Shown: positions 30,406-45,459, counted from the first letter of the stretch. The stretch: 64,000 bases of DNA from Eledone cirrhosa (GCA_964016885.1 OZ024762.1:3038001-3102000), one strand, 5' to 3'. Numbers and translations: made by a program. Notes: generated by a model not told the origin, from the letters alone.

Positions 30406-30625
30406 TACATAGACATGTATGTGTGTGTATATGTGTGGATTTAATGGCTTATTTATTCCATTATGCTTAAAGAAATATTGCCACTGTGTTTCCTCTTTTA
30501 CACAATAGGAATAAAGGGAAAACTCCGTCAATCGGAATACCTCCAAGGAGAGAATTGACGAAAAGAAATCAGATAACCGCGTAAAGAAAAATTCTTATAG
30601 ATTCTTATTTCTTTCATTTTCATTA

Positions 30626-30690
<65 letters not shown>

Positions 30691-31221
30691 GTTTTTCTTT
30701 TATCTTTTCCTTCGTTTCGTTTTCTTTTCTTTCATTCATTTTTTTTTATCTTTTGCTTCGTTTCGCTTCGTTTTCTTTACGTATCTTTATTTTTTTCCTC
30801 TATCATTTTTAATTTTTACATTTCACTTTTGTTTTATTTTTAATTCTTTGTTTTTGGCATTGATTTTTTGTTTATTTATTATTTTTACGCAATGTTATTG
30901 ATGATCTTGTTGGTGGTGTGGTGGTGGTGGTTTTAGTTACTGAAAAGAAACTGGTTTTATATCGATGGTACTAGAAAATATATAGTACCAAAATGGCCGT
31001 CTGTCGCAGCGTTGCTATAAAGCTGACGAAAGTTACTTAATAAGTAAGCTTGATAGTCATATAATGTAGCTCTGATAGTAGGAAAAGAATATAAAATTTT
31101 CCTGTGTAATATTGTTTATTGTAAATATAGATGATAATTGAAGTAAAAGGTTTCTCTGTGGAAGATTAAAGAAGTTTTTTTATGGTGATGGATGATATAA
31201 AATCTAGGAAGGATAAACACA

Positions 31222-31265
<44 letters not shown>

Positions 31266-31359
31266 AACACATACACACATATGTATGTGTGTGTGTATAT
31301 ATATATACAAATATATGTATGTGTGTGTATATATATATACAAACACATACACACATGTA

Positions 31360-31397
<38 letters not shown>

Positions 31398-31401
<4 letters not shown>

Positions 31402-31456
31402 AACAAGTAGGACCCCGACGGCTGAGCTCAAGCCGTTTCGACGGCTAATTCTGGAC

Positions 31457-31491
<35 letters not shown>

Positions 31492-31652
31492 TACATAGAC
31501 ATGTATGTGTGTGGAGTCCAGAATTAGCCGTCGAAACGGCTTGAGCTCAGCCGTCGGGGTCCTACTTGTTCCTATTACCCACTCTACTACCCTAAGTATT
31601 GAGTACTCTGGTGCGTTATGGTCCACCTGGTTCCTTACCACAATTCCTTTGT

Positions 31653-31654
<2 letters not shown>
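31398..31654. mobile_element. Fold-back pLTR insert (family P1)
   Basis: Short arm, microsatellite spacer, long arm ending 'ccttaccacaattcctttgtta' then (TA)n. Confidence 0.8.
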
Positions 31655-31750
<96 letters not shown>

Positions 31751-32109
31751 AGAGAGAGATGGAGAGAGAGATGGAGAGGGAGATGTGCTGAATACGTTTG
31801 GTTGTTTTCGAACAAAGACCAGCTATGGAAACAATAATGAACTATGGGAAATGAATTCATTGAAGAGACATTGTGTCAGGCAAACCTAATTATTATTATC
31901 ATCACAATTAGTTCCTTTGAATTAACCAATGTAGTGATGTCTCGCTGACTAATGAGACTCCGCGTGCGACAAATGTCGCTTTATAGAGTTTTATGTGTAT
32001 ATATATATATAGGTGTGTGTATGTGTGTATGTGTGTATAAATGTGTGTGTGTGTGTGAGTATGTGGTTTTATATATATATATATGTGTGTGTGCGTGTGT
32101 GAGTATGTG

Positions 32110-32160
<51 letters not shown>

Positions 32161-32162
<2 letters not shown>

Positions 32163-32710
32163 TTACAACACTATCCACAAGAACATCCCACTATTGAAAC
32201 AAGACCCAAGAATGAAAAAAGCCCTTGAAACACACAAAATAATCAAAAGCAAAATACAACCGAAATCACTAAAAACATTACTCACCAATGCCAAATTACC
32301 TACCACAAATCCACAACCAACTGTCAAAAAATGTGGTCGCTCTAATTGTGGAACCTGCACTCACCTCATTGAAGGCAACACGTACACATTTCAATCAGGA
32401 CAAAATTTTGCTGTAAAAAAATCACTTCACTTGCTCATCAAAAAATCTAATTTATGCCATTAAATGTAAAGGATGCAATGAAGATTATATAGGACAAACT
32501 AAACTCACACTCAGAAACAGAATGACAGTTCATCGCCAACAATTACGAGACTCTACCACAATAAAGATCTAGACATATGCGCAAGTAATAAGCACCCAAA
32601 TTCCAAGTCTTCCCATTGTTTCTTTGCGCTGACAATACAACAGAACAAATACGAATAAATAAGGAAAATATGTTTATTCAAAAATATAGACCAGCATTAA
32701 ATATAGTTTA
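32161..32710 (+). mobile_element. Neptune-like PLE 3' fragment (Zn-knuckle plus GIY-YIG)
   Basis: KCGRSNCGTC; after a frameshift NLIYAIKCKGCNEDYIGQTKLTLRNRMTVHRQQ; ENMFIQKYRPALN*. Confidence 0.85.
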
Positions 32711-33096
32711 ATATACATTATGTCCACACCATAACATGCTAACCATCCAAACAGACACAAACACACACATAACAGCTTCTACTTTAGAAAATAAAAACGA
32801 GAACTAAATAAACCTTAACATACCTTAATACTCTAACACCTTAACATGCTAACCACACCCACACACACATAACTCCCTCCCCCATTTCTACTAACGGAAT
32901 CATTTTCTTACACACACACACGCAAAAAAAAAATATATATATATTCTCTCCATCTAAACATGCTAACCATACTCTCACACACACATACACACACACACAT
33001 ACACACACACACATATCACACCCATACTCACACACACATATCACACCCATACTCACACACACAACTCCCTCCCCCATTTCTACTAATAGACTCATC

Positions 33097-33178
<82 letters not shown>

Positions 33179-33184
33179 TAAATA

Positions 33185-33425
33185 CATATCTCTACTTTCT
33201 TTATTTCAATATAAAGTCTGAATTTTGACCAGTGCACCAGCCTTGTTCATATTATGTCCATGGATGCCTTCCACATTGCTGTAGCTTTTAATGTATTTAT
33301 TATCGGGGCTATATTTTCTACGGATTGCATTGTACAGTGTGTTGGCCACTACATCATGACTCATAGGGAGATAGTACCGCGATGACATCTTTGGAGAGCT
33401 GCTTATGACATGGATGACATTTTCG
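33185..33425 (-). mobile_element. R4/Dong-like Zn-knuckle/REL region fragment
   Basis: HVISSSPKMSSRYYLPMSHDVVA resembles the H..S.C.......RHD.VA signature. Confidence 0.55.
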
Positions 33426-33999
33426 ATGTATATATAGACCCGTAGCTCCTGATAGAGTCCTAGCGACGCCATAGTGACATACGGCGCTTCTAGGACATTT
33501 TAAGCCTGGCGGAGCTGAGTACAGCAGATTTCTTCCAGAGGAAATGAGAAAGTGAGAGAGAGGAAATGAGAAAGAGATATAGAGGAAGAATCGACCCCAG
33601 TACTAGACTGGTACTTTATTTATCGATCTCGAAAGGATGAAAGGCAAAGTTGACCTCGGTGGGATTTGAACTCAGAGAGCCAAAACAAATACGATAAAGC
33701 ATTCTATCCAACGTTCTAACATCTCTGCCAATTCGCCACCTATATACATAATATATACATATTTATCACTTTTTCTCAGTTCCTATGGTGTTGTCCGATT
33801 CTCTGATCTTATGAAGATATTTCAGACGATCAGAGATACATAAATACACACATATACGCAAACACATAAAAACATGCGTACATATGCAAATACAAACATA
33901 CGTACATACACAAACAGATAAACACACATACATACATACATACATACATACATACATACATACATACATACATACATACATACATACATACATACATAC

Positions 34000-34690
34000 A
34001 TGGTGGCTGCCAACTCGTTTTCGAGTACGGCCACTACTTTATATCCATGTAGGAGAACCCCTACCGAGGCGCTGAACGAGTGTGACTTTTTAGTCCAGCC
34101 AGCGACTTGAAAACTCTGGTACAAACACTACACCTGTGACAATTATTGACACATAGTGCTGGGCCCATGGTACCATGTGACGACAAGTGCAGAGAGATCT
34201 CCAGATATAAAGCAATGCCTGTGCCGTGAAGCTTTTATAGTGAGCAAAAGCACTGCACAAAGCCAGTCCCACTCTCTTAACCAAGATGATATTTACCAAA
34301 AAGAAGAACAAGTCAACATCATTGGATACCATCAGGGTTGCAGGTGTTATATCAGAGTTTTCCTTCTCCTAGAATTCTGCCTTGACAAAGGCTAAGGGGT
34401 CATCATACATACATACATAAGGGGTCATCATACATACATACATAAGGGGTCATCATACATACATACATACATACATGGTGGCTGCCAACTCGTTTTCGAG
34501 TACGGCCACTACTTTATATCCATGTAGGAGAACCCCTACCGAGGCGCTGAACGAATGCGACTTTTTAGTCCAGCCAGCGACTTGAAAACTCTGGTACAAA
34601 CACTACACTTGTGACCATTATTGACACATAGTGCAGGGCCCATGGTACCATGTGACGACAAGTGCAGAGAGATCTCCAGATATAAAGCAA
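34000..34690 (-). mobile_element. Two partial copies of the RTE-derived element with (TGTA)n tails
   Basis: 34000-34405 and 34474-34690 are reverse complements of parts of 28215-28670. Confidence 0.75.
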
Positions 34691-34990
34691 TACATACATA
34701 CATACATACATACATACATACATACATACATACATACATACATACATACATACATACATACATACATACATACATACACAAACATTCATCTTACAAAGAC
34801 ACGTGATAGGATCAGAGAATGTTGTTGTAGCAGTAGAAATAAAAAGAGAGAGGACATAGAATATGTGACTAATTATGTTTAGTGTGTGGCTGAGTCATTG
34901 ATTGGTTGTACTTAATCAGATCGTAATGGCGCCGTCGTGACAGTCCCTGTGGTGAAACCTGAGTATGCATATATATACATAAAATAATAC

Positions 34991-35053
<63 letters not shown>

Positions 35054-35084
35054 TATGTATATACATATATGTGTATGTATATTA

Positions 35085-35152
<68 letters not shown>

Positions 35153-35160
35153 TATACATA

Positions 35161-35229
<69 letters not shown>

Positions 35230-35266
35230 CATATATATGTATATACATATATGTGTATGTATATTA

Positions 35267-35324
<58 letters not shown>

Positions 35325-35342
35325 TATACATATATATACATA

Positions 35343-35409
<67 letters not shown>

Positions 35410-35446
35410 CATATATATGTATATACATATATGTGTATGTATATTA

Positions 35447-35535
<89 letters not shown>

Positions 35536-35597
35536 TATGTATGTATATTATATTTATATATATATATATATATATATATACATACATACAATAATAA

Positions 35598-35667
<70 letters not shown>

Positions 35668-36128
35668 GAATAAACAAGAGAGATGAACACTAATATAAAC
35701 ATACATGTGTTCGAATCGTAAGGACTAAAATTTGTTAGGGTGAAAAATATATTGTACGGCTCGGAAAAGCTTTTTTCTTAGAGCTATTTAATTGTAAGGG
35801 ACTACCCTCAGTTGTTAACTCAATATATATATTTATAAAGGTATTTATTTACGCTTTAATTTATATTTTTAATTATCGTGTCTATAGTCTGCCTTTCATA
35901 GGTTATAGATTCCATACACTGGTGGTTTTTTCCCTGTATTATTGATAATGCACTATATATCTCTCTCTGGTGTGTTACCTTCTCAACATATTATATTTTA
36001 AAGGGCTCAGGATCTCTTCCCCTTTGAGCACATTATTTACAGGGAATAACGACGGCCTATGCCTCCGTTAATTTATCGTGATATATATATATATATATTG
36101 AGTTAAGATATATATATATTGAGTTAAC

Positions 36129-36315
36129 GGCGGTGAATTGGCAGTATCGGTAGAGGGTTGGACGCCATGCTTTCTAGCATTGTTACGTCCCTTTACAGTC
36201 TGAGTTCAAATCCCGCCGAGGTTGACTTTGCCTTTCATCCTTACGGGGTCGATAAAATAAAGTACCAGTAATGCACTGAGTAATTGCTGGCCTTGTGCCT
36301 AATGTAGAAACAATT
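36129..36315 (+). mobile_element. Family-A SINE
   Basis: A/B boxes, central domain, tail gtagaaacaatta. Confidence 0.85.
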
Positions 36316-36339
36316 ATATATATATATAATATATATATA

Positions 36340-36376
<37 letters not shown>

Positions 36377-37523
36377 CATACAATAATACATACGTATATA
36401 TATATATATATACATACAATAATACATACATATATACATACACATACACAAACAAACATACATGCACACAAACAAACATACATACATATATGCATACATA
36501 TACATACGCAAACAAACATATATACACATACATACAGAGGCAAACAAATACACATACATACACAGGCGTTTATTCCGACACTCCGACGCTAAATTGAGTG
36601 ATAGTTCTTGGCTTTTGATACTGGCCTGTAGTGTAGTGTTATATAGAAAGGGGGGGTGGTGGTGGGAGGGGTTGTAGTGGGGTTGTGTGAGAGGTTGTAG
36701 TGGACAGAGGAAGAGTGGTGGTGGGAGAGGAAGAGTGGTAGTGGGAGAGAAAGGGTGCGGTGGGAGAGGTTGTAGTGGACAGAGGGAGAGAAAAAGTGGT
36801 GTGGTGGTGAATGTGGTGTTGTGGTGTTGTGGTGATGTGGTGGTGTGGTGATGTGGTGGTGTGGTGGTGTGGTGGTGTGGTGATGTGGTGTGGTGGTGAT
36901 GTGGTGGTGTGGTGGTGTGGTGATGTGGTGTTGTGGTGATGTGGTGGTGTGGTGATGTGGTGTTGTGGTGTTGTGGTGATGTGGTGATGTGGTGGTGTGG
37001 TGGTGTGGTGATGTGGTGTGGTGGTGAAGGTGGTGTGGTGGTGAAGGTGGTGTGGTGGTGTGGTGGTGAAGAAGGTGGTGTGGTGGTGAAGAAGGTGGTG
37101 TGGTGGTGGTGTGGTGGTGTGGTGGTGTGGTGGTGGTGTGGTGGTGAAGAAGGTGGTGTGGTTGTAGCAGAAAAGAAGTCATCTAATTGTAATTGGAATT
37201 TGATCTTCTTCCAAAGTGTTTTGCTTTAATTCAGTAGAAGCCAGAAAAAGGAATTTGAAACAAACAGACGACATTCAATGTAACAGATGTAATAGATGTA
37301 ACAGATGTAATATAGATCTGTGTGGAACGATCTTCTATTTCGATATTAACACTGAAGTAAATATGTCACCGCCCACCACCACCCCATCTCCCTCTATCTA
37401 TCTCTGTCTTCTTTCTCTGTTAATACTGATTCTCTCCCTCTCCCTCTCTCCCTCATATGTGTGTGTGCGTATGCGTGTGTGTGTGTGTGTTCATATATAT
37501 ATGTGCATATACATATATATACA

Positions 37524-37577
<54 letters not shown>

Positions 37578-37668
37578 TATACATACATGCATATACGTAT
37601 ATGCATATATATATACATATACGTATATGCATGTATTTATTTATTTATGTCTAATGTTTCTTCTTTCT

Positions 37669-37730
<62 letters not shown>

Positions 37731-37924
37731 TACATATGTATATACATATGCATATACATATATATATACATATATAGATATGTATATACATATGCATATA
37801 CATATATACATACACATATATACATATGAATTCCTTTTATTAATATAATCTTCTATACACAATCATACACACCCGTGTATATTTATTTAAATATATATAT
37901 ATATATATAAATATATATATATTC

Positions 37925-37971
<47 letters not shown>

Positions 37972-38142
37972 CATGTAATCGTGGGCCGAGCTCCGTAACC
38001 ACAAAGGTATGACCCTTCGAACACACACACACACACATACTCACGCATGCGCATACACACGCACATACGTACGCATACGCACGCATACACACACACACAT
38101 ATACGCTCGCATACACGCATTACATATATATATATATACACG

Positions 38143-38176
<34 letters not shown>

Positions 38177-38206
38177 CACGCACACATACATATATATATA
38201 TATATA

Positions 38207-38241
<35 letters not shown>

Positions 38242-38242
38242 G

Positions 38243-38287
<45 letters not shown>

Positions 38288-38318
38288 GCACACATATATA
38301 TATATATATATATACACG

Positions 38319-38399
<81 letters not shown>

Positions 38400-38400
38400 G

Positions 38401-38442
<42 letters not shown>

Positions 38443-38838
38443 CAGTTCAAGGTATATATAACCACTCAGGTTTTATCAAGCTCAACATGCCATTTACGTC
38501 AACTCCCGCAAGTCACGACTTTGGTTACATCCTTTGAAAGGTGTGTATGTGGTGTGTGTGGTGTGTGTGGTGTGTGTGGTGTGTGGTGAGTGTGTGTATA
38601 TATATATGTGTGGGTGTGTGGGTATATATATATGTGTGTGGGTGTGTGCGTGTGTCTGTGTGTGCGTGTATGTGTGTGTGTGTGTGTCGTGTGTGGTGCG
38701 TGTGTGTGAGTGTGTGGTGTGTGTGGTGTGTGTGGTGTGTGTGTGTATATATGTGTGGGTGTGTGGGTATATATATATGTGTGTGCGTGTGTGTGTGTGT
38801 GGTGTGTGTGTGTATATATATATGTGTGGGTGTGTGGG

Positions 38839-38879
<41 letters not shown>

Positions 38880-38888
38880 GTGTGGGTG

Positions 38889-38924
<36 letters not shown>

Positions 38925-39421
38925 CGTGTGTATGTGTGTGGTGTATGTGTCTGTGTGTGCGTGTATGTGTGTGGTGTGTGTGTGGTGTGTGGTGTATGTG
39001 TGGTGTGTGGTGTGTGTGTACGCCTCGCTGCTGTAAACTATTCCTTCAGGTAAACACTTTAGAAATTCAAAGATTTACTTAATGTAAGCCGATACAGAAT
39101 GGACGGAAGTTTGTGAATTATTCCAGAAGAAATAGGAATCATGGAGATTCTTTGTTTTAAATATGTTCAATCGTTTATCTATATGTATTCTTCATTAAAA
39201 GTCTCTAATTTCTAATTAAATTAAATTAATTATGTTATTATCAATATATCAATTACTCTTAGAATAATTCAATTTAATTCAAATTAATTCAATGACAAAG
39301 CACTTCAAGTAAAGTTGAATTTACAGTTAGAAATAATTTTATAATAATGAAGATAAGATTCAAAATTTGAAGTATAGTAAAATATGTAAAAGAGCAGAGG
39401 TTAATATATTTACAGCAGATT

Positions 39422-39464
<43 letters not shown>

Positions 39465-39470
39465 CAGATT

Positions 39471-39517
<47 letters not shown>

Positions 39518-39523
39518 CAGATT

Positions 39524-39565
<42 letters not shown>

Positions 39566-39653
39566 CAGCAGATTCATATATATATACATATACAACAGAT
39601 TCATATATAATCTATACACCAGATTCACATGTATATATACAGCGTATTCACAC

Positions 39654-39685
<32 letters not shown>

Positions 39686-39752
39686 ACCAGATTCACATAT
39701 ATATATACACAGTTATGTATGTGTAACTTTGTATATATATATTTTTGATCTG

Positions 39753-39820
<68 letters not shown>

Positions 39821-39821
<1 letters not shown>

Positions 39822-40017
39822 GTAGGTCCCGGGTTGAGTCGGGGATAACCACAGTAAGTAAGGTACTCAATACATGGCAGAGTAAAATATTTTTATTTTA
39901 TAGAAGGAGCTTCTACAGGACTAGTACTGTTTCATTCAGATGAAATCTTTCCTGAAGATTTCATCTGAATGAAACAGTACTAGTCCTGTAGAAGCTCCTT
40001 CTATAAAATAAAAATAT
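39821..40017. mobile_element. PLE pLTR fold-back: 63-bp arms centred on a hammerhead core, plus a one-sided ~65-bp tail
   Basis: CTGAAGA (39952-58), t-ttc-atct-gaa-t, GAAA, cagtactag, TC; 39887-39949 mirrors 39955-40017. Confidence 0.7.
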
Positions 40018-40042
40018 ATATATATATATACTTTTCATTTGA

Positions 40043-40080
<38 letters not shown>

Positions 40081-40273
40081 TATATCAATTTTACAAATTA
40101 TTCCCTGTGATTGTTTCATATGTTTATTTTAGATATCTATATATGCCAATCAATTTCTAGTTGATATAAAATGCTCGGATCTATTCATTGGAATCTTGGA
40201 GCATATTCTACAGTGGATATGGCGCATGTCTCTCTGACATGACTCCCTTAATTTAATTTTGGATATATATATA

Positions 40274-40817
40274 CACGAGGTGTGTCAGAAAAGTTCCAGG
40301 ACTGATGTCACAAAAGATTTATTTCAAACCCAAACCTCACACTAAGAGTTTTCTCCGTCAAAGTAATCCCCCTGGAGTATGTAACTGTAATCTTAGCTCT
40401 CTGCAGCGATCAAACTTCTTTCTTCATAATTTTATATACATGTCCTCTGTTTCAGGTCGTCAAGCAATGAGCACAGAGCAACGAACAAACTTGAAAACTC
40501 CGTCAGAAGCACTGGGATTGCTGCAGCAAGTGTATGGAGATGAGACGATGTCACGCTCACGTGTTTTTGAGTGGTGCAAGAGGTTTAAAGAAGGACGCGA
40601 GGACGTGGAAGATGACCCCAGGAGCGGAAGGCCCTCAACAACCAGGACTGAGGTCAACGTTGAGCGCGTTAGGCAGATGGTGCGTAGCGATCGTCGGCTG
40701 ACTGTTCGACTGATGGCAAATGAACTGGGTATGAATCGGGACAGCGTCTGGAAGATTCTCACTGAAGATTTGGACATGCGGAAAGTCTGCGCGAAGATGG
40801 TGCCAAAACTGCTGAAC
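40274..40817 (+). mobile_element. mariner transposon 5' fragment (TIR plus HTH part of the transposase)
   Basis: TA then cacgaggtgtgtcagaaaagt TIR-like; VYGDETMSRSRVFEWCKRFKEGREDVEDDPRSGRPST...RKVCAKMVPKLL; DD34D domain missing. Confidence 0.9.
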
Positions 40818-40928
40818 GTGTCTGAGTTTTGGTAGAGATAAGTTATATAGAGAGAGACACACACACATAATACATTCATACATATATATATACATATTAC
40901 ACACACACACACACACACACAAATATAC

Positions 40929-40998
<70 letters not shown>

Positions 40999-41147
40999 TA
41001 TACACATACATTCATACATAAATATATATATATTATACACATTCAAATATATATTTATATAAATATTACACGAACTAAAAATATAAACTTGTATAGATAT
41101 AAATATTACATACACACACAAACACATTGATATATATATATATACTT

Positions 41148-41249
<102 letters not shown>

Positions 41250-41440
41250 TGTGTATGTTTGTGTGTGTGTGTGTGTGTAAAATATACACAGACATTCATA
41301 CATACATATACTTACATATATATGTATAAACATATGACACACACACATTCATACACATACTTACATACTTATATATACACAACACACAAACACAAGATGG
41401 TCTAGGAGAGAACAATGGAGAGACAGAAAATAAGAAATCG

Positions 41441-41483
41441 GTCACTGAGGAGGTCACAGAAAGTGTGACGAAAGAGCTTTGAC
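41441..41483 (+). ncRNA. Minimal hammerhead-like motif (family P2 pLTR, ~41390-41610)
   Basis: gtca-CTGAGGA-g-gtcaca-gaaag-tgtgac-GAAA-gagc-TT-tgac. Confidence 0.6.
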
Positions 41484-41769
41484 AATATATAAACAAGCAT
41501 TCGGTTATTGAACCAACCAACCGGAAATTTATAATAATAAATGTAAGTGAAACCCAACTGGTGCGTGTGTTTCTTATTGGCAACATGACCCTCCCAAAGT
41601 ATAACAATAGCTGTTTCAACACACGTTTTCAAATAAACCGATGACGATTGGTCATCGGCACAGTACAGCTTTGTCTGACCATTTGCTTGTAAATGAATCG
41701 AATATTATTATTAATGTTCGATATAACCCATACGTGTATATGTATATGTATATATATGTGTGTGTGTGT

Positions 41770-42570
41770 GTGTGTACGTCTGCATATATATGTGTGTGTG
41801 AGTGTGTGTGTGTGTATGTCTGCATATATATATATATGTGTGTGTGAGTGTGTGTACGTCTGCATATATATATATGTGTGTGTGTGTGTACGTCTGCATA
41901 TATATATATATATGTGTTTTTGTGTGTACGTCTGCATATATATATATGTGTGTGTGTGAGTGTGTGTGTGTGTACGTCTGCATATATATATATATGTGTG
42001 TGAGTGTGTGTACGTCTGCATATATATATGTGTGTGTGAGTGTGTGTGTACGTCTGCATATATATATATATATGTGTGTGTGTGTGTACGTCTGCATATA
42101 TATATATGTGTGTGTGTGAGTGTGTGTGTGTGTACGTCTGCATATATATATATATATGTGTGAGTGTGTGTACGTCTGCATATATATATATATGTGTGTG
42201 TGTGTGAGTGTGTACGTCTGCATATATATATATATGTGTGTGTGTGAGTGTCTGTACGTCTGCATATATATATATGTGTGTGTGTGAGTGTCTGTACGTC
42301 TGCATATATATATATATGTGTGTGTGTGAGTGTCTGTACGTCTGCATATATATATATGTGTGTGTGTGTGAGTGTCTGTACGTCTGCATATATATATATG
42401 TGTGTGTGTGAGTGTCTGTACGTCTGCATATATATATATATGTGTGTGTGTGAGTGTGTACGTCTGCATATATATATATATGTGTGTGTGTGAGTGTCTG
42501 TACGTCTGCATATATATATATATATGTGTGTGTGTGAGTGTGTACGTCTGCATATATATATATATATATA
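41770..42570. repeat. ~40-bp compound minisatellite (tgtacgtctgca(TA)n(TG)n)
   Basis: About 20 copies of the anchor gtacgtctgca. Confidence 0.9.
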
Positions 42571-43437
42571 TAATGGTGTAATAGAAGTGTATGTATGTGG
42601 TTAGGGAATCTTATCTTTTAGTCAATCTATCTGTCTGTATTCCTAGAATGGGGCGGGGCTAGAGTGGGGGGGGGTTAGAGTGGGGGGTAGAGTGGGGTTA
42701 GGGGGGGCTAGAGTGCGGGGTTTAGAGTGCGGGGTTTAGAGTTTGTGAAGAAATTCGGTCGGAATGGAAGCTACAGTTGTTACCGAATATAGATTATTTT
42801 GAAGAATTTCTGATGGAACCAGAAGAAACGCGAGAAAACAATTGCTATTTGGTGGAATTGGTAATGCTTATTTATTTATTTATGTTTGTTTGTTTGATTT
42901 ATTTAGTGTGTTTGTTTGTTTGTTTGTTTGTTTAATCAATCCGAACGCCCGTGTAAAGCTTGTCGGCCATGACAGATGGAGAGAAAACTAACACATATTA
43001 ATACTTCTGGTGGTTAAAATGAAATAAAAGTAATGAAAGAAAAAATAGGTGTGACAGAGAGAAGTGGGGGGTAGGAGGGGCAGGGGAGAGGTGGTGAGCG
43101 GGGGGAAGGGAGAGGAGAGAGAAAGAGACAGGGGGAGGGAGGAGAAGGGGGACGGGGGGAGGATGAGAAGGGGGCGAGGAGGGAGGAGGAGAAGGGGTGG
43201 GGAGGGAGGAGGAGAAGGGGCGGGAAGGGAGGAGGAGAAGGGTGAGGGAGGAGGGAGGAGGAGAAGGGGGATGGGGAGGGAGAAGAAGGGGGTGATGACA
43301 GCCAAGAAGAGGGAGAGACAAACAGAAAGAAACAGACATAGACACAGAGAGACAGAGAGAAAGAGACGGAGACACAGAGCGAGAGACAGCGAGAGACAGA
43401 GAGCGAGAGACAGCGAGAGACACAGAGCGAGAGACAC

Positions 43438-43501
<64 letters not shown>

Positions 43502-43629
43502 AACAAAAAGACGAAAAAGAGAGGAAAAAATGAGCGAGAATTGGACAGATAAAAAAACAGTTAAATGTTTCCTTTGATGAAATCTTTTTGTAACCTCCAT
43601 AAATTGGAAGAGGCCATATTTGTGATTGG

Positions 43630-44462
43630 GAGGATGACCTTGGCAATATATCATACATCCAGCCTTGTCTAAATATTTAGCGGCCATGTTGGAGCTATCT
43701 CGTTGGGGGGATGGCCTTGGCAATGTATCACACTACACAGCCAGCCTTGTCTAAATATTTAGCGGCCATGTTGGAGCTATCTCGTTGGGGGGGATGGCCT
43801 TGGCAATATATCACACTACACATCCAGCCTTGTCTAAATATTTAGCGGCCATGTTGGAGCTATCTCGTTGGGGGGATGGCCTTGGCAATATATCACACTA
43901 CACATCCAGCCTTGTCTAAATATTTAGCGGCCATGTTGGAGCTATCTCGTTGGGGGATGGCCTTGGCAATATATCACACTACACAGCCAGCCTTGTCTAA
44001 ATATTTAGCGGCCATGTTGGAGCTATCTCGTTGGGGGGGGGGATGGCCTTGGCAATATATCACACTACACATCCAGCCTTGTCTAAATATTTAGCGGCCA
44101 TGCTGGAGCTATCTCGTTGCTACAATATGTGTATTTTGTTGGGAGGATGACCTTGGCAATATATCACACTACACATCCAACCTTGTCTAAGTATTTAGCG
44201 GCCATGCTGGAACTATTTTGTTGCTTCAATGTGTTTATTTTTGTGAGGGGGGGGGAGTCCGGCCATGCTGGAGCAATTTCGTTGCTACACTATGTGTATT
44301 TTTGTTGGGGAGAAGGGGAGGGGCTTGATAATATATTACACATCCAACATTGTCTAAATATAACATTTAGCGGCCATCTTGGAGCCATTTCATTGCTACA
44401 ATATGTTTATTTTTGTGAGGGGGGGGGTCATTCACAATATATTACACATCTAACGTTGTCTA
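43630..44462. repeat. ~82-bp tandem repeat (about 6 near-identical copies plus degenerate ones)
   Basis: Unit starts at 43711, 43794, 43876, 43957 and 44043; variable poly-G. Confidence 0.95.
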
Positions 44463-44660
44463 TGTGAGGTGCATGGCTGAGTTGTTACAGTTGTGAGTTC
44501 GATTCGTGGACAGGGTGATGCGTTATGTCCTTGAGCAAGACACTTTATTTCACGTTGTTCCTTCTACCTGGAGTTGCGACCAATAGATAGTATTAGCAAT
44601 TGGAAAGACCAACGAAAACATTGTTTCCTCGGTCCGATTTGACGAAAGTCGATCGATTCT
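44463..44660 (+). mobile_element. Family-B SINE with extended 3' segment
   Basis: gagttcgattc B box, 'tgtccttgagcaagacactttatttcacg'; inverted homologue at 46413-46635. Confidence 0.7.
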
Positions 44661-45363
44661 TTTTTTTTAAGACTGGTATTTTTTTTATCAACCATGAAAT
44701 GATGAAAGGCAAAGCTAAAGAGCCGTAACTATAGGCCACAAAGCATGTTGTCCGACGCTCTACAGATTCTACTGCCAATCCACCACTACCACTCTGATAA
44801 GTATATAATGGAATGGTGTTGTCCCGTAATTCCTGATAGAGCGCCGTATTGACATACGGTGTTTCTTGGATATTTTAAGCCTGGAGGAGTCCATCCCGTT
44901 CCAGGTCTGACTCACCGCCTGTGCTGTAACTATACACTGGTTCTTTCCTTTTAATTTCTGCTATTAAATGGAGCAGCAGCATAAATTAATATTCCAGATG
45001 TATTTTGTTGAATTTGATATTGGATTGTAATGTTTTAAAACTAATGCATTCCGACATAGCTTTGTTTCGTGTTCAGCATTGTAATATACTTTTAATGGAT
45101 CCGTGTAGGAAATGCATGAGCAGCCGACAAGAAATATTTCTTCTATGGGGGACATGAATTATTTATGCGTGTATATCATATATATATATGTGTATGTCTC
45201 GGTGTGTGTCGGTGTCCGTGTGTCTCTGTGTTTGACTATACTATTTATATACATGTGTGAGTGTATTTTATATATATATGTATATATATGTGTGTGTATG
45301 TTTTATATATATATAAATGTGTGTGTGTGTATTTTATATATATATATAGAGAGATGTATATAC

Positions 45364-45395
<32 letters not shown>

Positions 45396-45459
45396 ATTTT
45401 ATTTATATATATATGAAGATATATTTGTGTATTTTATATATATATATATATATATAAAA

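Noticed and set aside
31015-31078. CTGACGA-hairpin-GATA, possible decayed hammerhead
   Set aside because: GAAA box mutated, stems I and III imperfect, single copy.
42745-42860. Short open frame EEIRSEWKLQLLPNIDYFEEF... with a possible gt donor
   Set aside because: No credible acceptor and no recognisable homology.
43630-44120. Regular repeats (also 4878-5355 and 62850-63180) as CRISPR-like arrays
   Set aside because: No unique spacers, no cas genes, eukaryotic context.
44580-44660. gacGAAAgtcgatcga segment (also ~46413-46500 and ~61003-61075) as a hammerhead half
   Set aside because: No CUGANGA box upstream and the cleavage position is G in two copies; treated as a SINE-B 3' extension.
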